The notes under the pieces: model-generated
Told to the model about the DNA's origin: nothing
What the model saw: the letters and a program-made list of their open reading frames with translations, nothing else
Database searches by the model: none
Assembly: GCA_964636085.1 (NCBI GenBank)
Contig: CAZWPQ010000002.1
Coordinates: 26,401-90,400, forward strand
Reading direction: 5' to 3'
Length of the DNA stretch: 64,000 nt
Origin: an uncultured Nitrososphaerota archaeon
GTDB taxonomy: Archaea; Asgardarchaeota; Njordarchaeia; Njordarchaeales; Panguiarchaeaceae
Shown: in pieces, positions 1-11,700 of the stretch
Numbering within the stretch: position 1 is the first letter of the stretch
How the letters are laid out: the number at the start of each line of letters is the position of its first letter
Translations under genes and position numbers: made by a program

Positions 1-394
1 TACTTATTATTGCTCTTACGGGGACAAGTGCCAAGAGATCTGTATCTGCTCTCTCATATTTCCATGATTGAACACAATATCTGATCTTCCCGCTTGGCGA
101 GAATTTTACGCTTAGTTTAACTGTGATCTTCTTATTTTTTATTAGCGTTATATCAGCCTCTCGTGCAGGATGTCTCCCAGGTCTTATGATTATCTCATCA
201 TAATCTGGAACCCCAAGCTCCCTTCTGACTTTCTCATCCCTAAGTACTCGTGGTAAGTATTCTATTATTTTTACACCCATTTCTGGTTCTGTCTGGTATA
301 ACGCTATTTTCATGTATGCCTCGGCTCTAGTTTGTATCATCACGAGCTCTGTGCCCTTCTCTCTCACTCTTACTACTTTATCAACTATCTGCAT
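1..394 (-). CDS. Hypothetical protein running off the window edge; possible PD-(D/E)xK-like fold
   Basis: Manually translated open frame MQIVDKVVRVREKG...EADITLIKNKKITVKLSVKFS... with no stop before base 1; absent from the ORF track because truncated. In-frame GTG at 406 is an alternative start. Confidence 0.6.
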   Translation of the reverse strand, partial: MQIVDKVVRVREKGTELVMIQTRAEAYMKIALYQTEPEMGVKIIEYLPRVLRDEKVRRELGVPDYDEIIIRPGRHPAREADITLIKNKKITVKLSVKFSPSGKIRYCVQSWKYERADTDLLALVPVRAIIS

Positions 395-548
395 AGTCTG
401 TATCACTTCATTCCCCAAACAATAATAATCTAAATAGCATATATATTATAGAGCATTTTGCACATCTTAAAATAAACAACCTTTTGGCTGGGATTAATTT
501 GGTGAGTATGAAATTAAACTTTGCTCATATTTATGCCTATATATGGAT

Positions 549-1760
549 CTAATGTGGTTTCCAAGAACTTATCTTTCTTAACCTTTTTATGGCCTTGGGG
601 ATCTGTTCTAAGGCATAGTCTATATCCTCTATTTTGTGGTATCTACATACCTTAAATAGGATACTTCCATGTGCCTCTTCATGTTTTCTACCAATAGCCA
701 TTAGGACGTGGCTTGGTTGAAGATATCTGCTGGCACAGGCAGATCCGCTGGATGCATATATTCCTCTTAGGCTTAGTTCTACTGTTATTGCTTCTCCCTC
801 CGCATACAAGAAGCTTATGTTGACGTTGTCTATGACTCTCCTATCGCCTTTAGGACCATTTAGAATTGTATAATCCACGTTTTCGAATATTCCATTCATA
901 AGTTTGTCTCTCAAGGATCTTACATATGATACATTAGAGTCGAAACTATTGAATGCTAACTCTACTGCTTTTTTGAATCCCGCTATGATCGGTATGTTCT
1001 CGACACTGGGCCAATATTTTTCCGAGCTAATTTGTCCTCTTATTATTGGAACAATGTTTATTCCCTCTCTAACATAGAGAACCCCAATGCCTCTCGGTCC
1101 ATGTATTTTATGACTACTTAATGTCAACATGTCCACACCCAATTTCTTGACGTCTATTCTCATCCTACCGTAGGCATCTACAGCGTCAGTATGGAATACA
1201 ACATCTGGATTTTTATCTTTTGCAATATCAACAAGCTCTCTAATATTTTGTATTGTACCTATCTCATGGTTAACAAGCTGAATGGATACGAACTTGACAT
1301 CCTTATCCATATATGCCCCAAAAACTTCTGGATCTATAAATCCCTCCTCGTCCACTGGTACATATTTTACATTAATTCCCATTGCCTTTTCTAGATAATT
1401 CATCACAAAAAGCACACTTCCATGTTCGATTATGGAAGTGAGAAATTTGTCCTTCTTGTGGGATAGTGCAAACCCCATGATTGCGAGGTTATTTGCTTCA
1501 GTCCCACTATTTGTAAAAATAATCTCATCAGGAGAACTTGCACCTATAGTAGACGCGATGAGGTTCTTAGTACTATAGATGACCTCGTAGGCCTCCCATC
1601 CAGGTTTATGGGTAATTGCAGGATTGCCATAGCCGATTGTATTAAAATAAGGTAGCATAGCCTCAACTACTTCATCTGGCACAAAACCATTATTCTCTAG
1701 ATCAAAATATACCTCCTTTTTGGGCTTGCCATGAACCTTCAGAAGCTCTCTAATCGACAT
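549..1760 (-). CDS. iscS: Cysteine desulfurase, group I (IscS/NifS)
   Basis: FTNSGTEANN, EHGSV, HTDAV, PLP lysine in SSHKIHGPRG, catalytic SSGSACAS. Confidence 0.93.
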   Translation of the reverse strand: MSIRELLKVHGKPKKEVYFDLENNGFVPDEVVEAMLPYFNTIGYGNPAITHKPGWEAYEVIYSTKNLIASTIGASSPDEIIFTNSGTEANNLAIMGFALSHKKDKFLTSIIEHGSVLFVMNYLEKAMGINVKYVPVDEEGFIDPEVFGAYMDKDVKFVSIQLVNHEIGTIQNIRELVDIAKDKNPDVVFHTDAVDAYGRMRIDVKKLGVDMLTLSSHKIHGPRGIGVLYVREGINIVPIIRGQISSEKYWPSVENIPIIAGFKKAVELAFNSFDSNVSYVRSLRDKLMNGIFENVDYTILNGPKGDRRVIDNVNISFLYAEGEAITVELSLRGIYASSGSACASRYLQPSHVLMAIGRKHEEAHGSILFKVCRYHKIEDIDYALEQIPKAIKRLRKISSWKPH

Positions 1761-1774
1761 TGCCCCGACCAGTT

Positions 1775-2005
1775 CTATTTAACCTTGATACAACGAATAA
1801 TATAGACCCCATTCTTCGAAACTTTGTCCTCTATTCTCAAGTTTTTCTTTCTAATTATAATCATAATGGCGTCCTCAGGTATTTCGTTGGGGTCAAAAAT
1901 GATCTCCACTTTTTCTCCCGCGCCTACTTCCCTAAGTTTTCTATTCAGACGAATTATTGGGTGGCTCACACATCCAGGCTCCCTCCTAGTCAGATCTATC
2001 CTCAT
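1775..2005 (-). CDS. TusA/SirA-like sulfur carrier protein
   Basis: 76 aa, IDLT...GCVSHPII...GEKVEIIFD pattern; lies between iscU and iscS. Confidence 0.7.
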   Translation of the reverse strand: MRIDLTRREPGCVSHPIIRLNRKLREVGAGEKVEIIFDPNEIPEDAIMIIIRKKNLRIEDKVSKNGVYIIRCIKVK

Positions 2006-2510
2006 TTTTAGCCACCCCCATAAATATTCTTAGCCTTTCCATCGCTCCCTCCTCATTCAACACATGCTTCTCAACGTTTGTAAGTTCCTCAGGAAGCCAA
2101 TCGGGTTTCCTGCCGATCTTCTCAAAATAGGCCCTAATTCCCCTTCTCAATGCACCAACGGCAAGAATAGAGCAATGATACTTTATGGCTGGAAGCCCAC
2201 CAATCTCATCAGAAACATCCTTCCAAGAAACATTCCAAGCAAATCTTAACGACTTACCCTTAATCATCTCGGTCAATATGGATGTCGCAGCAATGTTGGC
2301 CGCACAGCCATAGCTCTCAAACTTTGCGTCAGAGATAAAATACTCATCATTTACCTTCCTAATCTTCAGATAAATCGTTATCATGTCCCCACATGCCGGA
2401 GAACCAGCTCTAGAAACAATATCGGCATCTTTCATCTCCCCAAAATTCTTCGGGTTCCTAAACAACTCTAGGATCTTTGGAGAATATGGCAACGGAGTCC
2501 TACTAGACAA
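1986..2510 (-). CDS. iscU: Fe-S cluster scaffold IscU/NifU-N
   Basis: YSPKILELFRNPKNFG, ACGDMI, GCAANIA and KYHCS supply the three conserved Cys; likely TTG start at 2510 (ORF track extends to 2609). Confidence 0.9.
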   Translation of the reverse strand: MSSRTPLPYSPKILELFRNPKNFGEMKDADIVSRAGSPACGDMITIYLKIRKVNDEYFISDAKFESYGCAANIAATSILTEMIKGKSLRFAWNVSWKDVSDEIGGLPAIKYHCSILAVGALRRGIRAYFEKIGRKPDWLPEELTNVEKHVLNEEGAMERLRIFMGVAKNEDRSD

Positions 2511-2829
2511 AGCATGGCACCCATACAAGCAATAAAGGCGTATCCTCATAATAAATAATAATCCATAGCGGTTTAATACTATATCTATATAAAAGGAAAG
2601 GATGACCAAAAGAATGTGTATCTCGAACCAAATTACACCGTCTTCAAAAATAGAGACCCATCAATTCTCCCCCTAGGGACACCAATAATGACTTTTTCTA
2701 TGTATATCCCCGTACTGCGCTTAACTGTATTTTTTCCATTGACTTTTCTCATCAGTGTGAGGCATACCAAGGGCACAATCTTTTTTAGGAAATCGCCTGG
2801 GAAAAAGCGTTTTTCCGACTTGTTGTAGT

Positions 2830-3245
2830 ACTTGTCTATACCATATAATTAGCTGTAATATCTTCCTCTGGAGTTTTATGCTTTCATCCATCATTTTTAT
2901 CGCATCTTTTAGATTCACATCTTTAAGTCTATCTATTAGACCCAGCACATCGGTTACCCTTTTTTACCTCATAGATTTTCTCTGAAAGTATGTCTGGCGG
3001 CATCTGTAGCTCGTAAAATCCCTTTATATGAAGACAATAATCAAAGCTATAATATTTTTTCCACAAAGTCCTTTTTCCCCGAACTTTTCTTAGCGTTCTT
3101 ATAAAAAATGCTACTCCAAATTCTATGCCCCTAGCCTTCTGTTCAGAAACTCCCATAGCAATTAGTGATGCTTTTCCAGCATTTCAATAGCGCGCCATGC
3201 CTTTCTCAGCAGCATCAAATATTTTTCCTTTTCTAATAATCTTAG
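2830..3245 (-). pseudogene. Frameshifted PaREP1/HEPN-family gene
   Basis: Joining frames gives KGKIFDAAEK/AWRAIEMLEK/ASLIAMG...LHIKGFYE, matching PaREP1 motifs (EKAW.A, LH..GF.E); several frameshifts; boundaries approximate. Confidence 0.6.
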
Positions 3246-3419
3246 GGGGTCCTCATATATTTGTGGTGTTTGTGATATAAATAATTAATATTTGCTTTCT
3301 ATATATACCTGAAATACAATTCATCTGACTGTTTCCCCCAGAATATACCCTAAATTCTCCCCTGGAAAAATTTCGCCAGAAGAGTCTTTCCAGCTGTGAA
3401 CAGCACGGCATACTTTCTC

Positions 3420-3900
3420 TTTTCACACCGCGACCCTTGGTTCTGCTTAAGGAAATAGCAGATGTTTTCTCTGGGACGGCCACAAGGTATCCATTGATGG
3501 TAAGCCTAAGCTCGAGGAGACTAGGGTTTGGTTCGTTGTTCTTTTTGGCGATAGTAAGTACTTCTCTGAGGGGTTATCTTGGTGCTTTTGCTTGGAGATA
3601 CATACTGGTGATTGGGCCTCGTAGGGATATGCCGTATGCCGCGAGGCCGAGGCCGTTTATTGTGGCGTATACTGTATTTTCTGGCGCTATTTGTGGTGGA
3701 TCTATAGGCTTCGTGTTGTTGTTGAGTGCGTCTTTGCCTATCTTTCTAAGTGTGGTAAGTTGTTGTCTAGGTCTGTTTCTTCGGCTTGTCGTGAGGTTCT
3801 ATCTTCTGTTCTTGCTAAGAATATTGCTACTCGTGTTTCGCTTGGTGTTTAGGTGAGACCATTGTCGTGCCTTTATGGGTTGTCTTGTTATTTCGAAAGT
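3420..3900 (-). pseudogene. Degraded coding fragment of unknown family
   Basis: A/C-rich minus strand reads ...PIDPPQIAPENTVYATINGLGLAAYGISLRGP...KAPR*PLREVL... with an internal stop and frameshifts; the + strand 139-aa ORF looks like its shadow. Confidence 0.35.
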
Positions 3901-4144
3901 TTGCCAGTCCACATGTCGGTGGGCTGTGTCCTAGCTCATTAAAGGGCAAAAGAGACAAAATGTATTCTCTGTAGTCAGATGAAAATATTGAAAATGCTCA
4001 GCCTATCCATAACCTAGGACTCGGGTGATCCCCTTTCACCTCCTCCTAAGATTATATTTACTCTATATATATGCAATCTGGAGGGTTTCTTTTTTGTTAG
4101 AGATAAGATTGTATCTTGTGTCATTATATTGTTGTATGATTAAC

Positions 4145-4166
4145 TTTTTATATGATTAATCATATA
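4145..4166 (+). promoter_or_regulatory. vapBC promoter: TATA box overlapped by an 18-bp perfect palindrome (probable antitoxin operator)
   Basis: TTTTTATA at 4145-4152; TATATGATT|AATCATATA at 4149-4166; SD AGGTGA at 4175-4180. Confidence 0.7.
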
Positions 4167-4186
4167 GTAATTTTAGGTGATGAATT

Positions 4187-4435
4187 ATGTCGAAAAGGAC
4201 AGCGGTGATTCTTGATGATGATGTTTACGAGATTCTAGTAAGAGAGAGTTTGCGTAGGTTTGGGAATACTAGATCTATCTCCAAGGTTCTTAACGATCTT
4301 ATTAGAGAAGCCATAAAACTGAGGGGGTTACTGAGCGTCCTCGAGCTTACTAGAAGGAAGAAGTATGCTTCGATATCCGAGGCGGAGTTCGAGAAATTTA
4401 GAAAAAACCTATCGAGGAGTTTCGAAGATAGGTGA
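4187..4435 (+). CDS. VapB-type antitoxin (ribbon-helix-helix)
   Basis: KRTAVILDDDVYEIL...ISKVLNDLIREA; overlaps the downstream PIN gene by 4 nt (GTGA). Confidence 0.8.
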   Translation: MSKRTAVILDDDVYEILVRESLRRFGNTRSISKVLNDLIREAIKLRGLLSVLELTRRKKYASISEAEFEKFRKNLSRSFEDR

Positions 4436-4920
4436 AGCATGTGATCGTGCTTGATACAACATATTTTCTGCCTATAGTGGGTATTGGAGTGAAACATGAC
4501 TTTTTTTCAGCTCTAGAAAGAAACGAGATTTTTGTTGACCCGAGAGAGATATATTTGAGTGAAATAACGCTTTTTGAGATTCAGGCGAAAGCTGCGAAGC
4601 TTGGTGTGCCACCTAGGAGAGTTGCCGAAGGCATAGAAGCTATAAAGGAAGCATTCAACGTTATTCCATTTTATGAACCAGAAATAATAAGGATATCATT
4701 CAAATTGAGGAGAATATTCCCCGACTACATAGACTGCATAATACTGGCAACAGCAATTAGTAGGAAATATACCCTACTGACGGAGGATAGTGATATACAC
4801 TCCAACAAACAGGCAATACTCATCGAGATCTCCGACAAAAAAGTAGATATTTTAAATCTGACAAAACTAAAAGAGATGTTTAATAATAGGTTGCCAGATG
4901 GAAAATTTAATTTTTTGTAG
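4432..4920 (+). CDS. vapC: VapC PIN-domain ribonuclease toxin
   Basis: VLDTTYF, SEITLFE, DYIDCIILATA, LLTEDSD acidic active-site pattern. Confidence 0.88.
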   Translation: MKHVIVLDTTYFLPIVGIGVKHDFFSALERNEIFVDPREIYLSEITLFEIQAKAAKLGVPPRRVAEGIEAIKEAFNVIPFYEPEIIRISFKLRRIFPDYIDCIILATAISRKYTLLTEDSDIHSNKQAILIEISDKKVDILNLTKLKEMFNNRLPDGKFNFL

Positions 4921-5702
4921 AGGCTGTTTCTGTCTTTTCTGGGCCTTGATGTTCTCTATTATGTCTGTCCCTATACACATAGGGCCCTATATCGTAAAGT
5001 TCCGACATCTTTTATGTTCCTAGAAACAACATTGATAGATACTTTTAAGCCTCTTAGATATATTAGAAACAGTTTGGAATTTCTACGCTTCTTGATAAAG
5101 CATGGATGTAAATGAAATGCCCAAGTGCTTAATATTAATGCCCCCCTACATTATGAAGCCTAGAAAGTCATAGGACACATATAGGGTAACTATAATTGTC
5201 TTTTGACACTATTGTTTATAGGTAAATAAGCTGCATGCAATATGGCAACAAATATTGATGGTTTTTAGTCCTTTCCCATGTGAAGACATTCACACGAAAC
5301 CTCAGGTGGAAAGCATTTCAGATACCCGACATAAGGTTCATTATGGAGGGTTAGGTTAGATAGGGACACTATCTTCTATACGTCAATTTTAATCACACTA
5401 TGTTTAGTATGCGTTATTACTATTCGCTTGTTGTGTCTTTCGTTGAATGAGATAGTTGATGGTCTTAGCAGAACAAATATTATCGAAGCCCGGATTGAAA
5501 CAGGACAATCTCCATAAAAGACCAAATTTTCTGCATGATACCAAAAATAAATTTCCTGTTAGAAACAATACCAGAGAGATATAGTTGCATCTAAAAAACT
5601 GTAGCGGCTTTGTACTTTGTAGGGTCTATATAAAAATACGATCGGTCAGGATTTTTATATATTATTTTCCAATTTATTATTTATGGTACTCTCGCTTATA
5701 GA

Positions 5703-8700
5703 TTGGGTGAGGGGGCCTTGTCGAAAATTTTGCGTGGTTTATCAATCATATTCCTAATAGTGGCGGCATCAATACCTCTGGCAAAACCCGCCAAAAGCTC
5801 TGACAAAGCTAGGATAGTGTTTATAAAGAATAATGGTGGACTCTCAGAATTCCTATATCAATTCTTCAGATCTAGGGGGGTTCCAGTTGTTCTTGTTGGA
5901 GATAATGGAAGACCTACAAAATCATCCATAATAGACGATACCGTAAAGTCTAGGCTGACTAGGGATGACATATGGGATCTAATAAGGATAGCTAGGGGAG
6001 AGGAAATACCCTCGGTTGAATATCAGGAGCTTAGAACAAAGACCGGACTAGATATAGATCCAGTTTCCGCTGGGCTCATATTAAAATCACTAGATACTAC
6101 AATTGATAGAGATCCAGAAGTAATATTCTTAGGCAAGTATAATATGTACATTAATTTAAGAAACTCATATGCAGCAATGGAGCACTGGCTAGTAAACCTA
6201 GAGAACTACGACTCCGACCACGACAAAATAGCAGATAAATTGGAGGAAATTATCGCTATAGGCACAGAAAAGATAGTGATTCCTGGAAGAAAAGTGATGC
6301 TCGACCTAGGAGACATGATCGTCCCTATTGATGAGATAGGCCCAAAGACAATAGAGATAAGATACAGCAGAGATGACCTCATATTTGTGGATGTTGCAGC
6401 GGCAGACCGAAGATTAGAGGAAGCTATTGCCTATTTCAAAAGTATGGGGGGCACCATAGAAACTGTATATAGGGAAATATGTGCATTCAGCGGATATATA
6501 GAACTCTACAAAGTTCCATTGCTCTCCAGATCACCACTAATAGGGTTCATCGAGCAACATAACGAATATTTCTATCCAATGACTTCCTGGACGGTACTTC
6601 AAATGAGAATAGGAACGCTAAGCACAAAACTAGTACCACCAAATTCATATCCAATGAATAATGAGACTCCTTGGGGCAGAGGCATATTCGGGGATCCCTC
6701 CATAGCTATAGCGATAGTTGACACAGGAATAGATGATACTCACCCTCTCACTAACAAGGTCATATATTGGTATGACTACTCAGGGGACGATGCCACAAGT
6801 CCCGAAGACTATCATGGGCACGGTACCCACTGTGCGAGTATAGCTGCAGGAAACATATGGACCGGCGACTATGTGGAGTGGGGGATAATTGCCAGAAATA
6901 GAACCGATAGTTTTGGTGCCTCGGGCAACTATTATTTGTATATAGACTCGCCGGGATGGTACGGGGTCGCGGCACTTTATTATACATCGTCAGGAACGGC
7001 TGACATATCGTTTGAGGTATACGACCCCAATCATGTTCTTCTAAACACTAGCAGGCAAGTATATGCGTCGTTTTGGGGCACCGTCGAGATAGAGCAGGCA
7101 GTGTTTAATGCCTCCCTGCCAGGTACCTATAATGTATCAGTGACGAACCTTGGAACTACAGGGGGCACTCTGATCGTAACATGGGAAAAACAGTTCCCTT
7201 ATGGTTCATATGGTTCCCAACCTGGAAGACATGCTGGAGTCGCCCCCGAGGTTAAGTTGGTTGGCCTGAAAATATTTGACAGGTCTGGATGGTTTGGCGA
7301 CTATAATTTTGACTCGATAAGATGGCTGATACAGAACGCTAGTGACTATAATATTACTGTTTCCTCGAATTCATGGGGTGGAGGAGATGATGCCACTCTT
7401 AATGAACTCATGAACCAACTGGTGATGAGTGGGGTTGTTACCGTAGTAGCTGCGGGGAATGATGGTGCTGGAGGAAACATCGGATCTCCCGGATCCGCCG
7501 ACTTAGTAATAACTGTTGCCGCGATGAACGACATAAATGAAATCTCAGAGTATAGTACCTCTGGAGACACGACAACTGGGAATACAATAAAGCCAGATGT
7601 ATCTGCGAATGGTGGTACTGGGTATTATAATGGAGACTATATAGATAAGGAGGACTCAGATCTTGATGGTAGCTCTGGAGCTGTTGCAGCTGCGGATTCT
7701 AATGATGCCGATAATGCCCCATCGGGAGGAGGATTGTTGGGGGATGCAATAACCACACTGGATAATTTCTGGGATATTCAGGGAACATCGATGGCAACTC
7801 CACACGTGAGTGGGCTCGCAGCTCTCGTTGTTAGTGCTTTGGGAGGAGCTAGTAGTTGGGTTTGGGATGGAGAACATGCACTAAAGGTAAAGATGTTGAT
7901 CTTGATGACATCTGTGGAGTTTACTAGGGCAGAGACCGGCCAGACCGTACCATCATTGGATAGGGGCGGAAAGGATAATGTGGAGGGATACGGTAGGGTT
8001 AATGGTGATGCGGCAGTCATGGCTGTTTTAAATGAGCTATTCCCTAATAGGACATATAGATATACCTTGGGTTCAAATAATTCAACCGCAATAGCGCAGG
8101 GCATAGCTCCCAGGGTATGGGCGGGCAAAATATACCTAGAGGCAGGATCTAGGTATAGGTTCAATCTGACTGTCCCAAGTGGGGCGGACTTTGACCTATA
8201 TATCTACTATGGAGAGCCAGATGAGTATGGTCAACCAGTCATAGCTGGCAAATCTACTAGTGATTCTATAGGAGGAAACGAAGTGGTCGATATTATAGCA
8301 ACGAAATCTGGATACTACTATGTTGTTGTAAAGTGGGTGGATCGCTCTGCAACAACACCATCCATCCCGGATGAGCAAAATTATGGTGAGTTTACTCTTC
8401 ATATCGATATATTGGACAGAGGCATACCGATCGTGGAGATTATTGAGCCAGAAGAAGGAGATATTATTGAAGGTGTAACTAGGATCTATGTTAATGCAAC
8501 TGATGTGGATGGGACAATAACATATGTCTATCTGAACATAAGTAATTCTACGTGGGGAACTGTTGTTGATATAACATCGAACTATGATGCGTCCCGGGGC
8601 CTATATTACTATGATTGGGACACTAGTACTGTTGCCGATGGATACTATATGATATTTGCTGGTGCTAGAGATAATGAGTCAAAAACAAATAATGATACAA

Positions 8701-11700
8701 TACAGGTACATGTATGGAACAATATCCCGCCAATACTTCTAGTTGATGACGACAAGGGTGATTCTTATGAGACATATTATGAGCAAGCACTCCAAGACCT
8801 TGGGTATCAGAGAGATATTGATTACATCTATTGGGATGTATCGGTGAATGGTACACCCACAAAGTATTTACTTGATAGAGTCGTAATAGTCATATGGTTT
8901 ACTGGTGATGATTTCACCACTACACTTACAACAGAGGAAAGGGATGTGTTAGAATATTATCTATCTAGGTGTGGGCAATTATTCATATCTGGCCAAGATA
9001 TAGGTTTTGATATTGGGGATACAACTTGGTATAGTACATGGCTAAAAGCTAATTATGAACGTGATGATACGAATATTGATTATGTTAGGGGTGTCTCGGG
9101 GACTCTATTTGGTGGAGCCATATACAACCTATCTGGCACAGATAGTGCGAACAATAATGACTTTCCTGACGAAATATCTCCAACTGGTGGCTCAACACAA
9201 ATACTCTATTATGATGATGACACAGGTATTGGGGCTGGAGTCATGTATGACGATGAGTACCGTCTTGTCTATATGTCCTTCCCATTCGAGGCTATTGATG
9301 GTTCAGTAAATAGATCCGACGCTATGCAGAGGGCCACGGACTGGATGAAGGCACCAATAGCTAAGATCTATGACTATAGTTTCTACATCGATAAATATAC
9401 CGAGAATGTATCTCTCGCTATTGCGGCTAGGGCATACCATTATATTCGGAATCTCGAGATACTTATTAATGGAACGGTGGTGTATTCGTTATCTCCGGGA
9501 AGGAGGACTTACATCAATAATATAACCATTGATACTAGCTCGTTTCCCTCTGGGACACTAAATATTACGCTGAGGATTGTAGATAATAACCTTGACGAGG
9601 TAACAGATACTATATTCATAAGTAGGGAACATTTATATCTTGATTTGGTGTTCCCAAATACGTACGATCCTGTATGGTCCACAACTAGGATCCTCGTTAA
9701 TGCATCAACATACTCTGGTGTTAATCTGACAACACTAAATGTTACTATTAGCAATGAGACATGGAGCCAGATCATAGACATTTTATCTAATTATGACTCA
9801 CAAACGGGGTATTACTATTATGACTGGGATACTACGGGCGTCGCCGACGGATCCTATAATATATCTGTGTCAGCGATTACTGATGAGGGATCTTCAAAGA
9901 CGGATAATGTTTATAACATTGGCGTATGGAATGGGATAGTGCCTATATTGCTTGTGGATGATGATAACTGGCATGACTATGAGCAGTATTTCATGGAGGC
10001 CCTCGAAAATCTGAGCTATCATTTCAACAGGGATTATGCATATTGGAATACCACTAGGAGGGGTGCTCCGCCACAAGATTTCCTCGACAGGGTTCAGATA
10101 ATGATATGGGAATGTGGTCTTTCCGCACCTAATAGTGCTGAGAGAAATGCAATATCGGAGTTTCTATCGGATCTTGGCCAACTATTTATAAGTGGACAAG
10201 ACATAGGATACCTAATTGGAGATACTGATTGGTATAAAGATTGGCTAAGAGCTATATATGAGAGGGACGACACCAACATAAATAATGTGAGTGGGGTTGC
10301 TGGTACGATATTTGAGGGAGTAACATATCTACTCTCTGGATCAGATAGCGCCAATAATAATTTCTGGCCAGACGAGATAAGCCCAACAAATGGATCATTC
10401 CTAATGATGTACTATGGAAGGGATCCAAGCATAGGCGCAGCAATTGGTTATGATGGGTATTATCGTCTGGTCTATTTTGCATATCCATTCGAATCAATAA
10501 ATGGTAGTGAATACAGGGCCGATGCCCTTGATAGGATCCTCCAGTGGCTTAGGAAACCCATCGGTGCGATAGTTAGTCCAGAAAACATGACCATAACCAA
10601 TAACGACACGATAGATATAATTGTTCATGCAAAGGCAATTACTGGGCTTGACATTATAAGGATATATGTCAATGGCTCCTTAGTAGTATTTGATGATATA
10701 GATGGAGTTGAACTAATTAAGCATTATGATATTGATGTCTCCGGATATCCGGACTATACAACACTCAACATAACTCTTGTAACGAATAGTGTTACTGGAG
10801 ACATGGACACATTCATGATCTATATTATTAGGGACAAGGTGCCGCCGTATGCTGAGTTTCTATCGCCTGCTAATGGCTCCTATTTCAATGTGACGGATAT
10901 AACATTTGAGTGGAATGGTACTGACAACTTTGGAATGAATCATTATGAGATTAGAATCGATGGCGGTGCATGGATAGATGTCGATCTACAAAACGAATAT
11001 ACATTCGCTGGCCTAGATGAGGGTATCCATACGGTCGACTTAAAGGCTATAGATCTCGCAGGAAACCAATTCACAACATCCTTAACTGTCATTGTTGACC
11101 TAACACCACCAGTCCTAATAGATATATTCCCCGAGAATGATAGCTATGTCCAATCAAAGGTTGTTATTTCATGGAACTTTAGTGACAACTATGAGCTGGA
11201 TTGCTATAAGATTAGACTGGATGGTGGCGCATGGATTATGACAACATCCACAAGCCATGTATATGAATATCTTACAGAGGGAGAGCACAGTGTCTACATT
11301 AGGGCCTATGATAAGGCAGGTAATGTTAAACTAATTACTTTGAGGATAATTGCCGATACAACGGATCCATATATTGAAATAACATACCCTCCTGGGGGAA
11401 CATTCCTAAACACTAGTACGGTATATGTAGAGTGGTATATGAGTGACAACTTTGAGCTTGATCATTGTGAAATAAGGGTGGATGGTGGAGAATGGATTGA
11501 TGTGGGTCTGGCATCAAACTATACAATATCTGGCATGTCTGAGGGCACACATATAATAGATGTGAGAGTCTATGATTCAGCAGGGAACTACGGGGAGGAT
11601 ACAGTAGTGATTTCGATAGATCTAACACCCCCAATTATTGTTGCCGTATATCCAGACTATGAGTTCTACATAAATACTACATCAACAGTAATCTCATGGG

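Noticed and set aside
3437-3856. 139-aa hydrophobic + strand ORF resembling a membrane protein
   Set aside because: Hydrophobicity follows from G/T-rich composition; the opposite strand looks like the (decayed) coding strand
4921-5702. Long intergenic region as a possible ncRNA or tRNA locus
   Set aside because: AT-rich, with no cloverleaf, GC-rich stems or C/D box pair that I could identify
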